Shown here piece by piece: positions 41,040 through 53,950 of a stretch of DNA of 64,000 nt. The stretch is from Vicugna vicugna (Eukaryota): NCBI GenBank assembly GCA_013265495.1, contig MU062839.1, forward strand, positions 2,238,820-2,302,819, read 5' to 3'. The stretch's first letter is position 1. Every line of letters starts with the position of its first letter. The notes under the pieces were generated by a model. It made no database searches. It was not told where the DNA came from and saw nothing but the letters and a program-made list of their open reading frames with translations. A program made the translations under genes and the position numbers.

Positions 41040-44000
41040 CTTGTAACAGGAAAACAGGAAATGTATTATTTTATTATTTAAAATAAGACATTTTCCAATT
41101 TTTAAATTAATTATATTGCTCTGTTTTCTGAAACAAGCATACATCAAAATCTTTAATTTTTAGGAAAGAGAGTCGAGGAGGAAGAGGAGAGGAGAGGTAA
41201 AATGTTTTGGAGAACATATATGCATGCTTTGTGAAGTCAAGAAATAATCTCCTTTTAAAGACACAGAATCCATAGTACATATGAAGATTATGTGGATAAC
41301 AAAAAAAGCAGTGTTCAACTTTAAGAACTCTAAATATTTAAGTTGCTTGTAATTTAAATGCTGCTTCTTCCATCTCTACACAAATGAGGTTCATTCTTCC
41401 TTAATCATATCTGGCTTTCTTTATACAGAATATAAATTTATCCTATATAAAGTTTTTTTATTATTATCACAATTATTATTATTAAGTGAATCTCCCCTCC
41501 CCTTGAATTTGAGAAAAGCTTGGCCTCTTTGTGAAATGAATTAGAAAAAAAGCTTTTGCTCCATAAGCTTGGAATCCCTGTTACTGCTCCTCACAGACCC
41601 CTGTGCCACTTCTGTAAGCCAAAGCCATCTCTAGAGGTAAAAAAATGGTTCTAAGAAAGCAAAACTTCCCCTGGCAAAGCTAGTAGCCTGACTGAGTTCT
41701 TGCTGCCTCCCCCTCCACAGTTCCCTCACCACTGGAGCAAGGAAATGGACACTCTGGGCAAGCATGCTGAGCATGCAGGGCACATTTGGAGGTGCAGGCT
41801 CTTCTGATCTCTGAAGACTTTTTCTTCCTCTCTGCCTGATGAGGACCGAGGTAACAGCAGCCAAGAGTCCTGAGGAGCAATCCCAGACATTGGGGCTCCC
41901 AGAGTGTGGTCCACCTTGGGTGGTCCACGTGGCCCCTGGCCACTTGTGCACGGTCCTGGGAGCATCTCCTTGATCTTGCCGACAACAGGTGACCTGCAGG
42001 GGGATCACACTGTGGGCCAGGTGGGCCCTGGTACTTGAGGCTGGCTGAGGGCTCAGCCTGACTGGGAGTTCCCGGAGAACCCAACAGTGGACCAGCTTCC
42101 TGCTGTGTCTCAGCAGAGGATGAGATATCTACTGGTTTGTTGACCCTGAGCCCACAGTTATAGAGAGATTGGCACTTCCCTTCACCGCTCCACAACCCCA
42201 TCGGCTTTACCTGACTGCCTAGGGGATGCAGCTCCAAGAGGATCCAATCTGGAAAGACTATGCAATGCCTCCAGCAGAGGCATGACATCCATAGCACAGG
42301 TACTGAGAACATCAACCACTGCCACACCACAACCAAGCCATAACCACAGCCACCAAAGAACACTTGAATCAAGCAGATCAGTTACACTACATAAAGAGAC
42401 TTTCATGGACCAAAGATTCCAATTTTAAAAGTTAACAGACAATCTGAGAGAGGAAATTCTAGTTACTTTAAGAACTAAAATAGTGACGTAGATGAAATAG
42501 ATGAAATATCTCCAAACAGGGGAAAATTAGGATATGAAAAGCATCGTGGAAGAGATGAGAGAACTAAAAAAACAGATCCAGGAAAAAAAAGAAATGGATG
42601 AAGAATTAATAATTAAACAAATGATAGAAGAACATGTCCTTGATTTGAAGGGAACTTTCAGTAATGACCACAGTATCATTCTTGGTATTCAGTGCTCTTC
42701 TTAAGTGCTGAAGCACCAGTTCTTCATTTTTCGCTAACCAGAAACTTCCATATCTATGTATCTTGAGGACAAATCAAACAGTAACAGGATAATATTAAAA
42801 ATTTGAAGTGCTCTGTTTAGAAAATGATCATCTCTACCTACATAATCTTCAAGAAAGGAGAAAAATGACAGTCAATCAAGCAAATCTCCTACTCAAGCCT
42901 GATACAAACATGACAGCATCAAAGTTAACAGAGATAACTGTGTGCGGGAACTTACAATTATATGTGAAGAAACTAGAGAAGATGAAGACAAACTGCACTG
43001 CTTTCTTAAAACACATCTAGGTTCAGTAAAAAGAGGCATGTTCCATTGGGGGGGGAAAGGTGCTCTAAAATACCCCGTAAACATGTCAAAATTGACATAG
43101 GAAGATTTGAAGGTAAAAGGATCAGAGGAAAATATGGACTTGTGACTATATCTTCTCATCAGTCCCCTAACTAGTATACTCAGAAGATGTCTTGTAAGCA
43201 GTTGGAAATATTTGTACATAAAAATACTGGCTGTCTAACAATGGCACTGTCACAAATTGCACCTTTGTGAGAAGGAAAAAATATTACTTTACTTTTTAAA
43301 GATTAATCTTTTTCTTTTTAGGTAATGCTAGGTTTTTGTTTTGTTTTGTTTTTAACTGAAAGCAAGTTTACTTAGATACACATCCCATAAACAGAATGTG
43401 GTCATTCTCAGAAGGGAGAGCAGCACTGCTAGGTTACCAATCTTTTGAGTGATACATATATTTAAAGTTTATCTTTATAAATGTACATTTTTACTTAATT
43501 TATATTTAAATTAAAAACATGAAACTATTAAATATTCAGTTTTATTGTTTTTTAATTTATGAATTCTAAATACATACAAATAAAACAGTACTATTAATAT
43601 AGACCATAAATGCTGGGGATGGGGGCCAGGTGAGGACCAGTGTATCACTTTGTCCCAATATAACTTTCACTGGACTTGAGTCTTCTAGACTGAATGAGCT
43701 CACTGAGACAGCAAAATTAGTCCTAGGCAGGATTAATGACAACACACACAACTAGACACATCCATATACATTATTTTACTTTCAAGGATAAACTGAGAAT
43801 GAAACACACTTCCAGAATGAGCAATGAAAAGTTAGCAAAGAAAACTAAATCAAATTCTCACTTGCAAAACCACGATTTAGAAAGCTGGCGGTAAAGTTCT
43901 ACGCAGTGATACAAGAATCATGAAACTAGCCAAGATACAACTCACATTTCAGAGAAAAAAATATAGCTTTGCTTATGATGGGTTTCAAACAATATATAAC

Positions 44001-46009
44001 CTACATACTATCTCAGAAGGTCCTGTAACCAAAACCTAAATGAGAACAGAGATCTCAAGATGGAGCAAGGAGAAAAGAGAGGAGAGTGGAGAACAGCCCT
44101 CGGCAGCAGAGATAGTTAATCCAAATGGGTGAAGACAGCGTGACGGAGAAATTATACTGCTGATGGTGAGGACTGCGGAAGGAGAAAGAACCCACCATGA
44201 ATGACACTCTAATAACATATCATTACTAAAAGGTCTCAACTCTCTCAGCAAAGTTCACAGCTAGTGGCAGTGGTGGAGGAGGAAAGGAAAGGCTTGTTGC
44301 CTGACAAGGGAAACATGGAATGTGGAGAAACAGAGTCATAAGGATTTCATCTTATTGGAGTTGATAAATGGGCAAATACAATACCTTAAGGGTGGGGCAC
44401 AGGGTATAGTTTTGTTCTTGCTTCTAGATAATAACTGAGAAATATGAGTTTATCTGGGAGCTTTGTGACTAGAAGAGTAAGTACTAGTAGAATGGAAAAG
44501 CATCCTTGATTTTTCAAGTTAATAAAAGGAGAAAGAAAATGTACTCTAACATGACCAGGCCAATCACATTAAGGAAACACAGACAGACAGACAGACACAC
44601 ACAGCCACCTACTGAGATGAGAGGGACTTCCATGGTGTACTGGTAGGTGAAGAAAGCAAGCTGCAAGGGATATATTTGAATGACCACATTTTTAAAAGAT
44701 GACAAAAATCTTGCATGTGCATGTATATATGTAGACACATTGATCTGCTTGAGGGGAATAAAAGGGGGAGGATGAGTTTTTAATAAGACTAACTATAAGG
44801 GAAATATAATGTCAACTGAAAGGGTGCGATGTAATTTTCTGCCTATGAAATTAGTCTAAATAGATTAAAATTGGCATGAAGACATTACCCTTATTTTAGG
44901 ATGGGATTGTGGACAGTTGTACTTTAGATTTTTATTAACATCATAATAGAAAAAGAGAAAAAGAAAAGCAATGTGTTTAGTGGTTGAAAGAGTGGACTCC
45001 ACTTCCAGCCCTGGGGGAAGTTACACCCACAACATGAACTTTATTTTATTACATTGTGGACGTAGTGAAACTTGTTAGAGTTAAACAGAACTTCAGATCA
45101 TCTAATTCCCTGGCTTCTTTGTACAGATCAGAAAACCAGGGACACAGAGGTGAAGGGATTCACCTATGATCTTGTGATAATTAGGAGTAGACATGAAATA
45201 AAATAAGTCTCATGATTCTTAGTTTAATGTTCTTTTCTCCCTACACTGACACCCTCAAAATTAGCTTAGAGGTGAGTTGATGGCAACGAGGGAGCCCCTA
45301 ACTATAGAAGATAAATATTTCTCTGGCGTTTGCACAAGAAGGCCATACTTTTCGCATATCTTTTCTGAAACTGAGTTGAAATAAAACAAGAATATTTGCT
45401 CTCACGGAGCTGTCACAGTGACTTAGTGACTGTCTGACTTAATCAACAGTACCCACTATTAGTTTTAAGTAATCAAATTTAACACCATGTGGTTAACATC
45501 CCCCATATCGGACTAATTCCTACTGTATCTCACCTTAAATGTAATTTCTCTCTTTCTAAATTCCCTTAGAATGGGAGAAGACCCCTCTCTTTGATGTCTT
45601 TCTATGGAACTGTCATTGCTGTTAGCCTCTTAGTGCCACGGATGCATGAACACCCTCTGTCTTGCTCACCACAGTACCTAGAGTGATGCTCGTTAGTATT
45701 TGTTTAATGAATTGTTAGGCCCCACAAAGCCACTCACCACATTCCCAATAAATCAGATACATCTATCTTTGCTTTTCTATCAATGGGCTCTCCTAACTGC
45801 CAACTCAGGGGGGCCAACATACCAAATGCCAAGTACTCATTCCCACTGTCTTCTAAACCCCCTGTATTATACCAAGTAACAGGATTAACACACAAAGAAA
45901 TACTGGGCACACAGAATAAATGTTTGTGGTTGATTAGGATGATAAAGAAGCAGCTGTATATTGTACTATCATTAATGCTCCTTCTAATCGTTGTAATTAT
46001 TTTTTATTC

Positions 46010-46470
46010 ATTTTTTAAAATTGAAATATAGTTGATTTATAATGTTTGACGTGTACAGCAAAGTGATTCAGTTTATATACATATATATAAAATATGTATT
46101 CTTTTTCAGATTCTTTTGCATTATAGGTTATTACAAGATATTGAATATAGTTCCCTGTGCCATACAGTAGGTCCTTGTTGTTTATCTACTTTATATATAG
46201 TAGTGTGTATCTGTTAATCTTAAATTCCAAATTTATCCCTCCCCCTCTTCCCACTTGGTAACCAGAAGTTTGTTTTCTGTGTCTGTGCTTCTATTTCTGT
46301 TTTGTAAATAAGTTCACTTGGATCTTTTTTTTTTAGATTCCACATATATGTGATATCACATGACATTTGTCTTTGTCTGACTTAGTTCATGTAGTATGAT
46401 AATCTCTAGGTCCATCTATGTTGCTGCAAATGGCATTATTTCTTTTTTATGGATGAGTAATATTCCATTG
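46010..46470 (-). mobile_element. Artiodactyl-type L1 3' end
   Basis: Same family as the 39600 copy; 'tatagttgatttataat...gttccctgtgccatacagtaggtcc...ctaggtccatctatgttgctgcaaatggcatt'. Confidence 0.85.
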
Positions 46471-46968
46471 CCTATATTGTTATAATTATTATTAACAGAA
46501 TAACTGATAGCATTTACTGAGAGCTACATGTAAAGCTCTTTAGGGCTATCATTTCATTTAATCTTTTCAATAACCATGTAACCATTTTATAATGAGGAAA
46601 CTGAAGGTCAGAATCAGTAAGTAGCTTGCTATTAAGTGGCACAGCCAGAATTTCAACCCAGAATTGCTCACTCCACAGTTCTTGTTCTTAAACATCAGGT
46701 TAAACTATTTCCTTAGAGAAATACTCTCATTCAAGCATTTGACTGCAATAAAAATGGCCTCACCACTCTCCTTGAATCTCAGAGTGGAGATTCAAACTAG
46801 CTTCTTCATTTTCTCCAAAGTGGCATTAGGTGTTTCATTAAGTTAGACAAAATTGTAAACATTTGCCTTAAAAAAAATAAACAGGACAGCATTTGCACTC
46901 TGAGTGCAATTTTTTTCCATGAGGGAAATTTTGGGTATAACCTACTATAAAACTGCCATAAAACTCAC

Positions 46969-47067
46969 CCACAAAGGCTGCCATCTGAGCTGCTGTTCTT
47001 CCCACAGAGTTGACAACATCTGTCTCAGCACCAGCTTCCAACATCACCCACGTAATGTCCTTATTAC
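46969..47067 (-). CDS. ANKMY2: ANKMY2 exon 4 ([34 protein letters not shown]), ankyrin repeat
   Basis: ctctag|GT acceptor, GTGG|gtgagt donor, 99 nt; in ORF 46868..47143. Confidence 0.97.
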
Positions 47068-48798
47068 CTAGAGTTAAAAAGAAACATTTGTTAAAATTAA
47101 GGCATCCACAATTCAAATACCCCCTTTTAAGTGATCTGTACACTTCTTTTCACTTAGTTTTAGGCGTCCATTTTGTGGATAATTTCATTTTTTCCAAAAT
47201 ACAATTCATAACTACAGTAAAAAGTAAAAGGCCATAGAACCCACATAGAAATTAACCTTAGTTTCTACAAAACACATCAAGTAAAACAAAAGTGGTATGG
47301 AATTGAGTATCACTTTTTTTTTTTAACAAGACAGAATATGTTTTTCCTATGTAACACTTAGTAGCAAGTAAGAACAAACCAAAAAAAAAAAAAAAAAGTC
47401 AAAAGCAAAGACAAAAAAAGATAAAATGAATAAAAATCCCCACTTAATACCTACCAACTCATCCCATCCCTCACACCTACAGGCCCTGCAGTAACTACTG
47501 ACAGTTGGGGGTCCATCTTTCTGCACTTTCTCCTACCTAAACATCTATAGATCTTCTACATGCACTCTTTCACTAAAGGAGTCGTTACAGATAGCTTGCT
47601 GTTATAAGCTATACTCAGTGAGTAGCATTTTCCATTAATTTTTGCAAGTTTGAACTATGATTTCCTTAGGAACAGTTCCTGGAAAACACTGTAGGATCAA
47701 AGATAATGCATATTTTAAATGCATTTTTCCAGGTTGCCTTCCAGCAAGGTGGGGCTGATTGCCCCATGTGCACTCTATGAAACAGTGTGAAAAAATCCCT
47801 ATGGTAATGCTGGGCACCGTGACTTCTTAACTTTTTTCAATACAATAAGCAAAAAATTATCATTTGCTGTTCTAGTTTGCAATCCTTTGATTACTGGTGA
47901 AAGTGTCTTAAGTTTATTAGCCAGTTGTATTTCTTTCATTCTCTGTTCAATTTTCTGTCCAATTTTCTACTGTAGTATTTGTTTTCTAATAGACCTCTTC
48001 ATATATAATGATATGACCCTTTAAGTTATGCAGTAACTAATTTCCTTAGTTTTTATTTGTACTGTAACTCTATTTTCTACATATGCAAATGTTAAGATTT
48101 TATGTAATCAAATCAGGCAATACTGTCCTTTTTGAATTCTATATTTTCTATTACACTTAGAAATGCTCTCCTGTTCCAGGATTATAAAAATAGAGATCAC
48201 TGCTCTTAAAGCTTAATACTACATCTTTGTTTTCTTAAAAAACTGCAACAAGTATAGATAATTCAACTTAATTTTAGGTGATATTTCCCAATTGTCTTTC
48301 TTTAGCAAATTATAAGCAACATGAATCACAGTAAGTTTCAAAATGGATCATCATATTTAGTACATAAATGTCAGTGACACAAATAACTCTATCCAAGCAG
48401 CTATTTTCTCAAGGGAACAGAAAAGTTTTCATATTACTTCAAAATATAAAAATACAGAACATCAAAGGAACTAACTTAGAAGAATAGATCCAGCTCCACG
48501 ACTCTACCCAAAATATATTGTCAATCAAAGAATCAAGTAATTTAAAAAACCAAGGAAACATCACCAATTATGTAACATTTCACACACCACAGCTTTTCAA
48601 AACTAATTCCCATTAGTTCTTCCTATAAGATGTGATTTTAAAATTACCATATTAAATTACCATAACAAATTAAAATTAAATTTTTAAAATTAAAATTACC
48701 ATAACAAAAATGGATTTATTTTAAAATATACATATACTTATAACACATTTGCATAGGTGACTAACATTAATATATTAGAATAAGTATTAAAACTTCAC

Positions 48799-48937
48799 CA
48801 GAAAGTGCGGCGAACATGAGGGCTGTGTATCCATGTTCATGTTGATGACAATTTACATCAGCTCCATGTCGTAAAAGTAATTTGCACATATCAAGTTTCC
48901 CTTTATAAGCAGCATGCATTAGAGGAGTCATCCCATT
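48799..48937 (-). CDS. ANKMY2: ANKMY2 exon 3 (NGMTPLMHAAYKGKLDMCKLLLRHGADVNCHQHEHGYTALMFAALS-G), ankyrin repeats
   Basis: attaaag|AAT acceptor, TCTG|gtgaag donor, 139 nt; GxTPLxxAA ankyrin motif. Confidence 0.97.
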
Positions 48938-50159
48938 CTTTAATAAAAAGGAGGAAAAAAGTATTAATTTTACTTATTTACCTTTCCCCATGTATGAACA
49001 ATTCCTGCAATTAAATTAAAACATAAAATAAACATGAATTACTAAAATCATCATTATAATCTGTATTTTCATAATCACTTCCCCACTTAGATCTTTCATA
49101 AACTGCTGAGGAAAAAATATGGTTTTATTACCTGAGGTTTTCTACAGATTAGCAAACAGATTCAGAGAAGAATTGCCTGACCTCACATGACTAGTATAAT
49201 GGCCAGGGAAAGGACCAAAACTCAAATTTACCAGGACTCTCATCTCTACTACACATACTTAGCTCCTGGGGAGACAAATGAACAAGCAGACAGAAAAGCA
49301 TTACAACAAACAAACAAACAAACAAAAACTAAGGAAAAACCTTAAAACCAATAGAATGCTTATCAAGGGGAAAGTTGAATGAAGTATAGTATATCTATAA
49401 CATGGAATATTATGAAGCTATTAACTGAATTCAATCATATCTAATTGAACTGAAATTTCCATGAATTATCAGCAATGAGAAAAATAAGATATGGGAAATG
49501 TATACTAAAATGTTCTCATTTTTCAAACAATGATTCCCCCAAATCATTTTATATTTTGATCATATATATGATTTGGTCATAGAAAAACAGTAATATTTAC
49601 ATCAGGCTACACTATTTAGTCTCCATACGTTTTGTCCATATTCAATGAAACATCCAACCTTATATGTTGACTACCTAAGTTAGAAATTCCCTGCAAGTAA
49701 AGCTTCTCAGAACCCAAGATAAACTCTCTAAGTACTGGAATTTCAAAGTTGTTTTGGATAAAAACGTTTCTAACGCATATAATCTCTTCTTTAGCAAATC
49801 TTAGCATACTAACATAATTTGAATTGTTCACAATGATTCTAGATTATTATTATGAACATAAGGTATCAATATTATCAGAGGGTTGTTGATGTGAGAATTA
49901 ATTATAGGGAGGTTGGGACCTTTCAGGTGGTTGTACAAGAGGAGTGGTCAAAGTTTTTGCAGTGTTTTGTACAAGCGTTTCAGTACAAGTAGTCAAAGTT
50001 GCTTGAGAGCAGTAACGGGAAAATGATAAGGAGATGAAAACTTTAGCAGTTTTTAAAACTTTATTGATGACCCTAAAAATAATTAAAGTTTCTTTCCTAT
50101 AATTCTTAAAGAACTTATCAATATCAGTTTATTCAGTTACAATTCTGTATCATTACATA

Positions 50160-50560
50160 CAGTATTCATTCATTCAGCAAGTGTTTATTGACTAAGATAT
50201 GTCAGACACAGATCTATGCACGGTGGGTAGCAGAGAACAAATTCCATGCCCCTCCAGTCTAAGTCTCCAGCACTTAAATTTTAGTAGGATGACAAGGCAG
50301 ATGGTGATAATAAGTGCTGTAGAGAAATAACGTCGAGTAACAGGGAGAGGAAATGCCAGAAGGTAAGAGGAGATTATTTTAAAAGTACAAAGAAATGTCC
50401 CTCTGAGCAGGTAGCATTTGAACAAAGCCCTGGAAGGAGCAAAGGATGTAAATAACTTGAGGAAGAATGCTCCAGTAAAGGGAGAGCAAGTGTCAAACCC
50501 TTTGGGGGAGGGGAGCACTGTGTTCAAGAATCTGTGTGGAGCTCACTCACAGAATCTCCA
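50160..50560 (-). mobile_element. L2 3' fragment
   Basis: 'ttcattcattcagcaagtgtttattga...tctgagcaggtagcatttgaacaaagccctggaagg'. Confidence 0.75.
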
Positions 50561-50682
50561 GGAATCTCCTTGTCTTGATCCTGGTGCTTCGAAGTTTTAA
50601 ACATTAAGTATGGGAGTGAGTCTAATGTTTTAACATTATGTTGGATGCCAATACTTGTGGAAGGCTTCTGTACATTTCATTA

Positions 50683-50763
50683 TTATTTTAATGGAGGTAC
50701 TGGGGATTGAACCCAGAACCTTGGGCATACTAAGCACACACTCTACCCCTGAGCTATACTCCT
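50683..50763 (-). mobile_element. tRNA-Ala-derived SINE (vic-1 type), short
   Basis: 'ggaggtactggggattgaacccagaacc...ctaagcacacactctacccctgagctatactcc'. Confidence 0.8.
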
Positions 50764-51743
50764 ACTGTCTACAAACTTATTTTATCGAGTGACAGGACCC
50801 GTTCTATCCTAATCTGTTAAGAGTTTTTACCCTCAGTAGTTGTTACAATTATCAAATGCATTATAGTATCTATTGAGATGATCATATTTGTTTCTCTTTT
50901 ATTTTGTAATACAAAGAATTATATTGAAAGATTTCCTAAACTGAATCATCCTATCATTCTTACAGAAACCTTACTTGGTTATGTATTTCTATTCTTTTAA
51001 TATACTACTAGATTAAGTTGCTAATATTTTACATAGTGTTTCTGCATCTGCATTTACAAAGTGCACTGAACCCATAGTTTGCTTCTTCCTATTTTGGCAT
51101 CAGCATTATGCTAACTATATCAAATGAGTTGGGCATCTTCCCATCTTTTTATGAACTCATGGTACAAGCTGTGTAAAATGAGAATTAAATGGTCCTCAAA
51201 GGTTTTGTAAAGCTTACTCAGGTTTGTAGCTTTAGAAGATAGCTGGCATTTAAATACATTTACACAAATCTTCCTTAATTATTCCAGTTTTTCTACTTCT
51301 ATATGTGATAGATGTGTTCCTTTAAATTTTTCTACAAAAATCACTGCTTTTATATGAGTTTTCAAATGAACTGGCTTAAACAAAAAAGTTATGACAATTT
51401 CTTTTATAATTGCAGTTATGCTCTTACTTTCTTGGTATTTACACATATTTTCTTGCTTATACTTTCCAAATTTTGTCTATTTTTTTGGTCTTAAATTGGT
51501 GACTTTGTTTTTTCTTTCTTTTTTAACAGCTTTATTGAGATACAATTCACTCATTTAATGTGAACACTTAAATAGTTTGTAGTAATTTCCAGAGTTGTGC
51601 AACTAGCACCACGATCAATTCTAGACTTTTTGTCCCACCCAAGAGACACCATACCTATTGGCAGTCATTCTCATCCCCCATCCCTTTCCTTGGCCCAGTC
51701 GTAAAAACTACTAATCTACTTTTGGTCTCTATGATGAACTTGC

Positions 51744-51903
51744 NNNNNNNNNNNNNNNNNNNNNNNNNNNNNNNNNNNNNNNNNNNNNNNNNNNNNNNNN
51801 NNNNNNNNNNNNNNNNNNNNNNNNNNNNNNNNNNNNNNNNNNNNNNNNNNNNNNNNNNNNNNNNNNNNNNNNNNNNNNNNNNNNNNNNNNNNNNNNNNNN
51901 NNN
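51744..51903. other. Assembly gap (160 N)
   Basis: Run of n inside L1. Confidence 1.
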
Positions 51904-52097
51904 ACCACATTGTGCTTATCCACTTATCAGTTGTTGGATGTTTGGGTTGTTTCTACCTTTAGCTATTATGAATAATGTGCCTCTAAACATTCATGTTTAA
52001 GTTTTAGTGTTGATACATGGTTTTTGTTTTTTAGGTATATACCTAGGATTGCTAAATCATATAGTAGCTCTAAGTTTAATCATTTGAGGGACTGCCA

Positions 52098-52298
52098 NNN
52101 NNNNNNNNNNNNNNNNNNNNNNNNNNNNNNNNNNNNNNNNNNNNNNNNNNNNNNNNNNNNNNNNNNNNNNNNNNNNNNNNNNNNNNNNNNNNNNNNNNNN
52201 NNNNNNNNNNNNNNNNNNNNNNNNNNNNNNNNNNNNNNNNNNNNNNNNNNNNNNNNNNNNNNNNNNNNNNNNNNNNNNNNNNNNNNNNNNNNNNNNNN
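52098..52298. other. Assembly gap (201 N)
   Basis: Run of n inside L1. Confidence 1.
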
Positions 52299-53885
52299 GC
52301 ATTTTTTTCACATGCATATTAGTCACTTGTATCTCATCCTTGGAGCAATGTCTATTCAGATTCTTTGCCCATTTTTAATAGGATTATTTGTCTTTTTTTA
52401 CTATTGAGTTGTAGGAGTTCTTAATATGTTCTAGCTACAAGTCCCTTACCAGACATGATTTATAAAACCACTCTGTGGGTTATCTTTTTACTTCCTGGAT
52501 GGTTTGCCTTGAAGTATCAAAGGTTTTAATTTTAATTTTTTCTTTTGTTACTTGTGCTTGATGGCTTTTTAAAATGTTTATTTCCATTTTATTTTTCTTA
52601 GTTCATTTCTTATATCTTCTGAGTATACTTTATTCTTTTTTTCTAATTTCATGAGTTGAAACCTGAGAATATTACAGAAATTGAAAGCACAATATTAACT
52701 GCTACAAAATTTCCTGAATATCACTTTGGCCACATAACAGAGCTTTTGATAAACAGTAGCTTTTGATAAATGTTGTGTTTTCAGTTGTAAATAGTAGGCA
52801 ATTCTTACTTCAGTTTTTTTCTTTTACTCAAGAACAATATAGAATTAAAAAAAAATTCAGGTTATAGGTTTTATTTTTTGGATTTTTTGGTTTATTTTCA
52901 GTGTTACGTTGCATTTGGTGAGCTTGTTTAAAACTAGCTAAAAATTTCCTGTATAAAATAGTATAATACACAGACCAAGTGTTATCAATGTTACACATAT
53001 AAAGGAGATGTACTGTTTTTTTTCTGTCTTATATACAGTGCCTACACTGTAGGTTATCCAAATTTTCTGTCCCCTAAATATTTTTTCAGCTTAATTTGTT
53101 GGTTTCTAAAAGGTGCTATTGTGGTCTTACAGATTTCTCCTTTGAATTCTACCTTTTTATTTATGAACCTCAAAGCTTATAAGCTTATTAATGAAGGCTT
53201 AAGGCTGGTATGTTCTTGGTGGATTATTGATTTAATCTATAAGAAAGAGTCTCCATCTTGTTTTTTCTTTGCTTTAAACTTTATATTTGATATTAATTTT
53301 GCTACCCATATATAGGTAAAGGGTTAACAACACCTCCTTTTCTGCATGAGAAACTGCTAACTTTCTAGTACTAGAACTGTCCTGTATAATGGGTAGATAC
53401 TAGCCACACATGGCTAGTGGTAGCCACACTGCACAGCTCAGAAGAGAAATTACCATCATCTCAGAAAGTTATTTTGGATAACAATTGATCTAGAAAGTTG
53501 AGTTTAGGTTCAGTTATCCTTCCCTAGAAGTAGAATTGCCGTATCAAAGGTATGCCCACTTAAAAAAAACGACAAATATTCTAAAATTCTCTCCAGAATG
53601 TGATGCCAATTTACATCTAACCCACTAGCATATAAAAAGTCCAATGTTTCCCACACTTCATAAGAAATGATATAGTTTGGTTTAACTGTCACTTACTTGA
53701 CTACTAATGAAATTAAATGTGTTTTTACATGCTTATTTGTCTTTTGTAACCTGTCTGCTGACACTTGGTTTAGAGATTAGTATAACTTGAGCACAAATGC
53801 TAGAAAGCAATTCTTATTATTAGATTTTATATATTATCAATCCTTGTAGGAAATAAAACATTTGATCAAATATTTAAAATTTTAC

Positions 53886-53950
53886 CTCATCCAGGCAGTT
53901 GACATGAACATTCTTGCTGGCTAATAGTGTCCCAGCTTCTTGGACAGTAC
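53886..53950 (-). CDS. ANKMY2: ANKMY2 exon 2 (GTVQEAGTLLASKNVHVNCLDE)
   Basis: ttttcttaag|GT acceptor, GAG|gtaaa donor, 65 nt. Confidence 0.96.

Larger units (their letters stand above)
51525..52560 (-). mobile_element. L1MB-type 3' end interrupted by two gaps
   Basis: 'ttaacagctttattgagatacaattcac...agagttgtgcaactagcaccac...tttgggttgtttctacctttagctattatgaataatg'. Confidence 0.8.

Noticed and set aside
41680-42372. 230-aa minus-strand ORF in ANKMY2 intron 4
   Set aside because: No recognisable domain or splice context; the region looks like decayed old L1-derived sequence.
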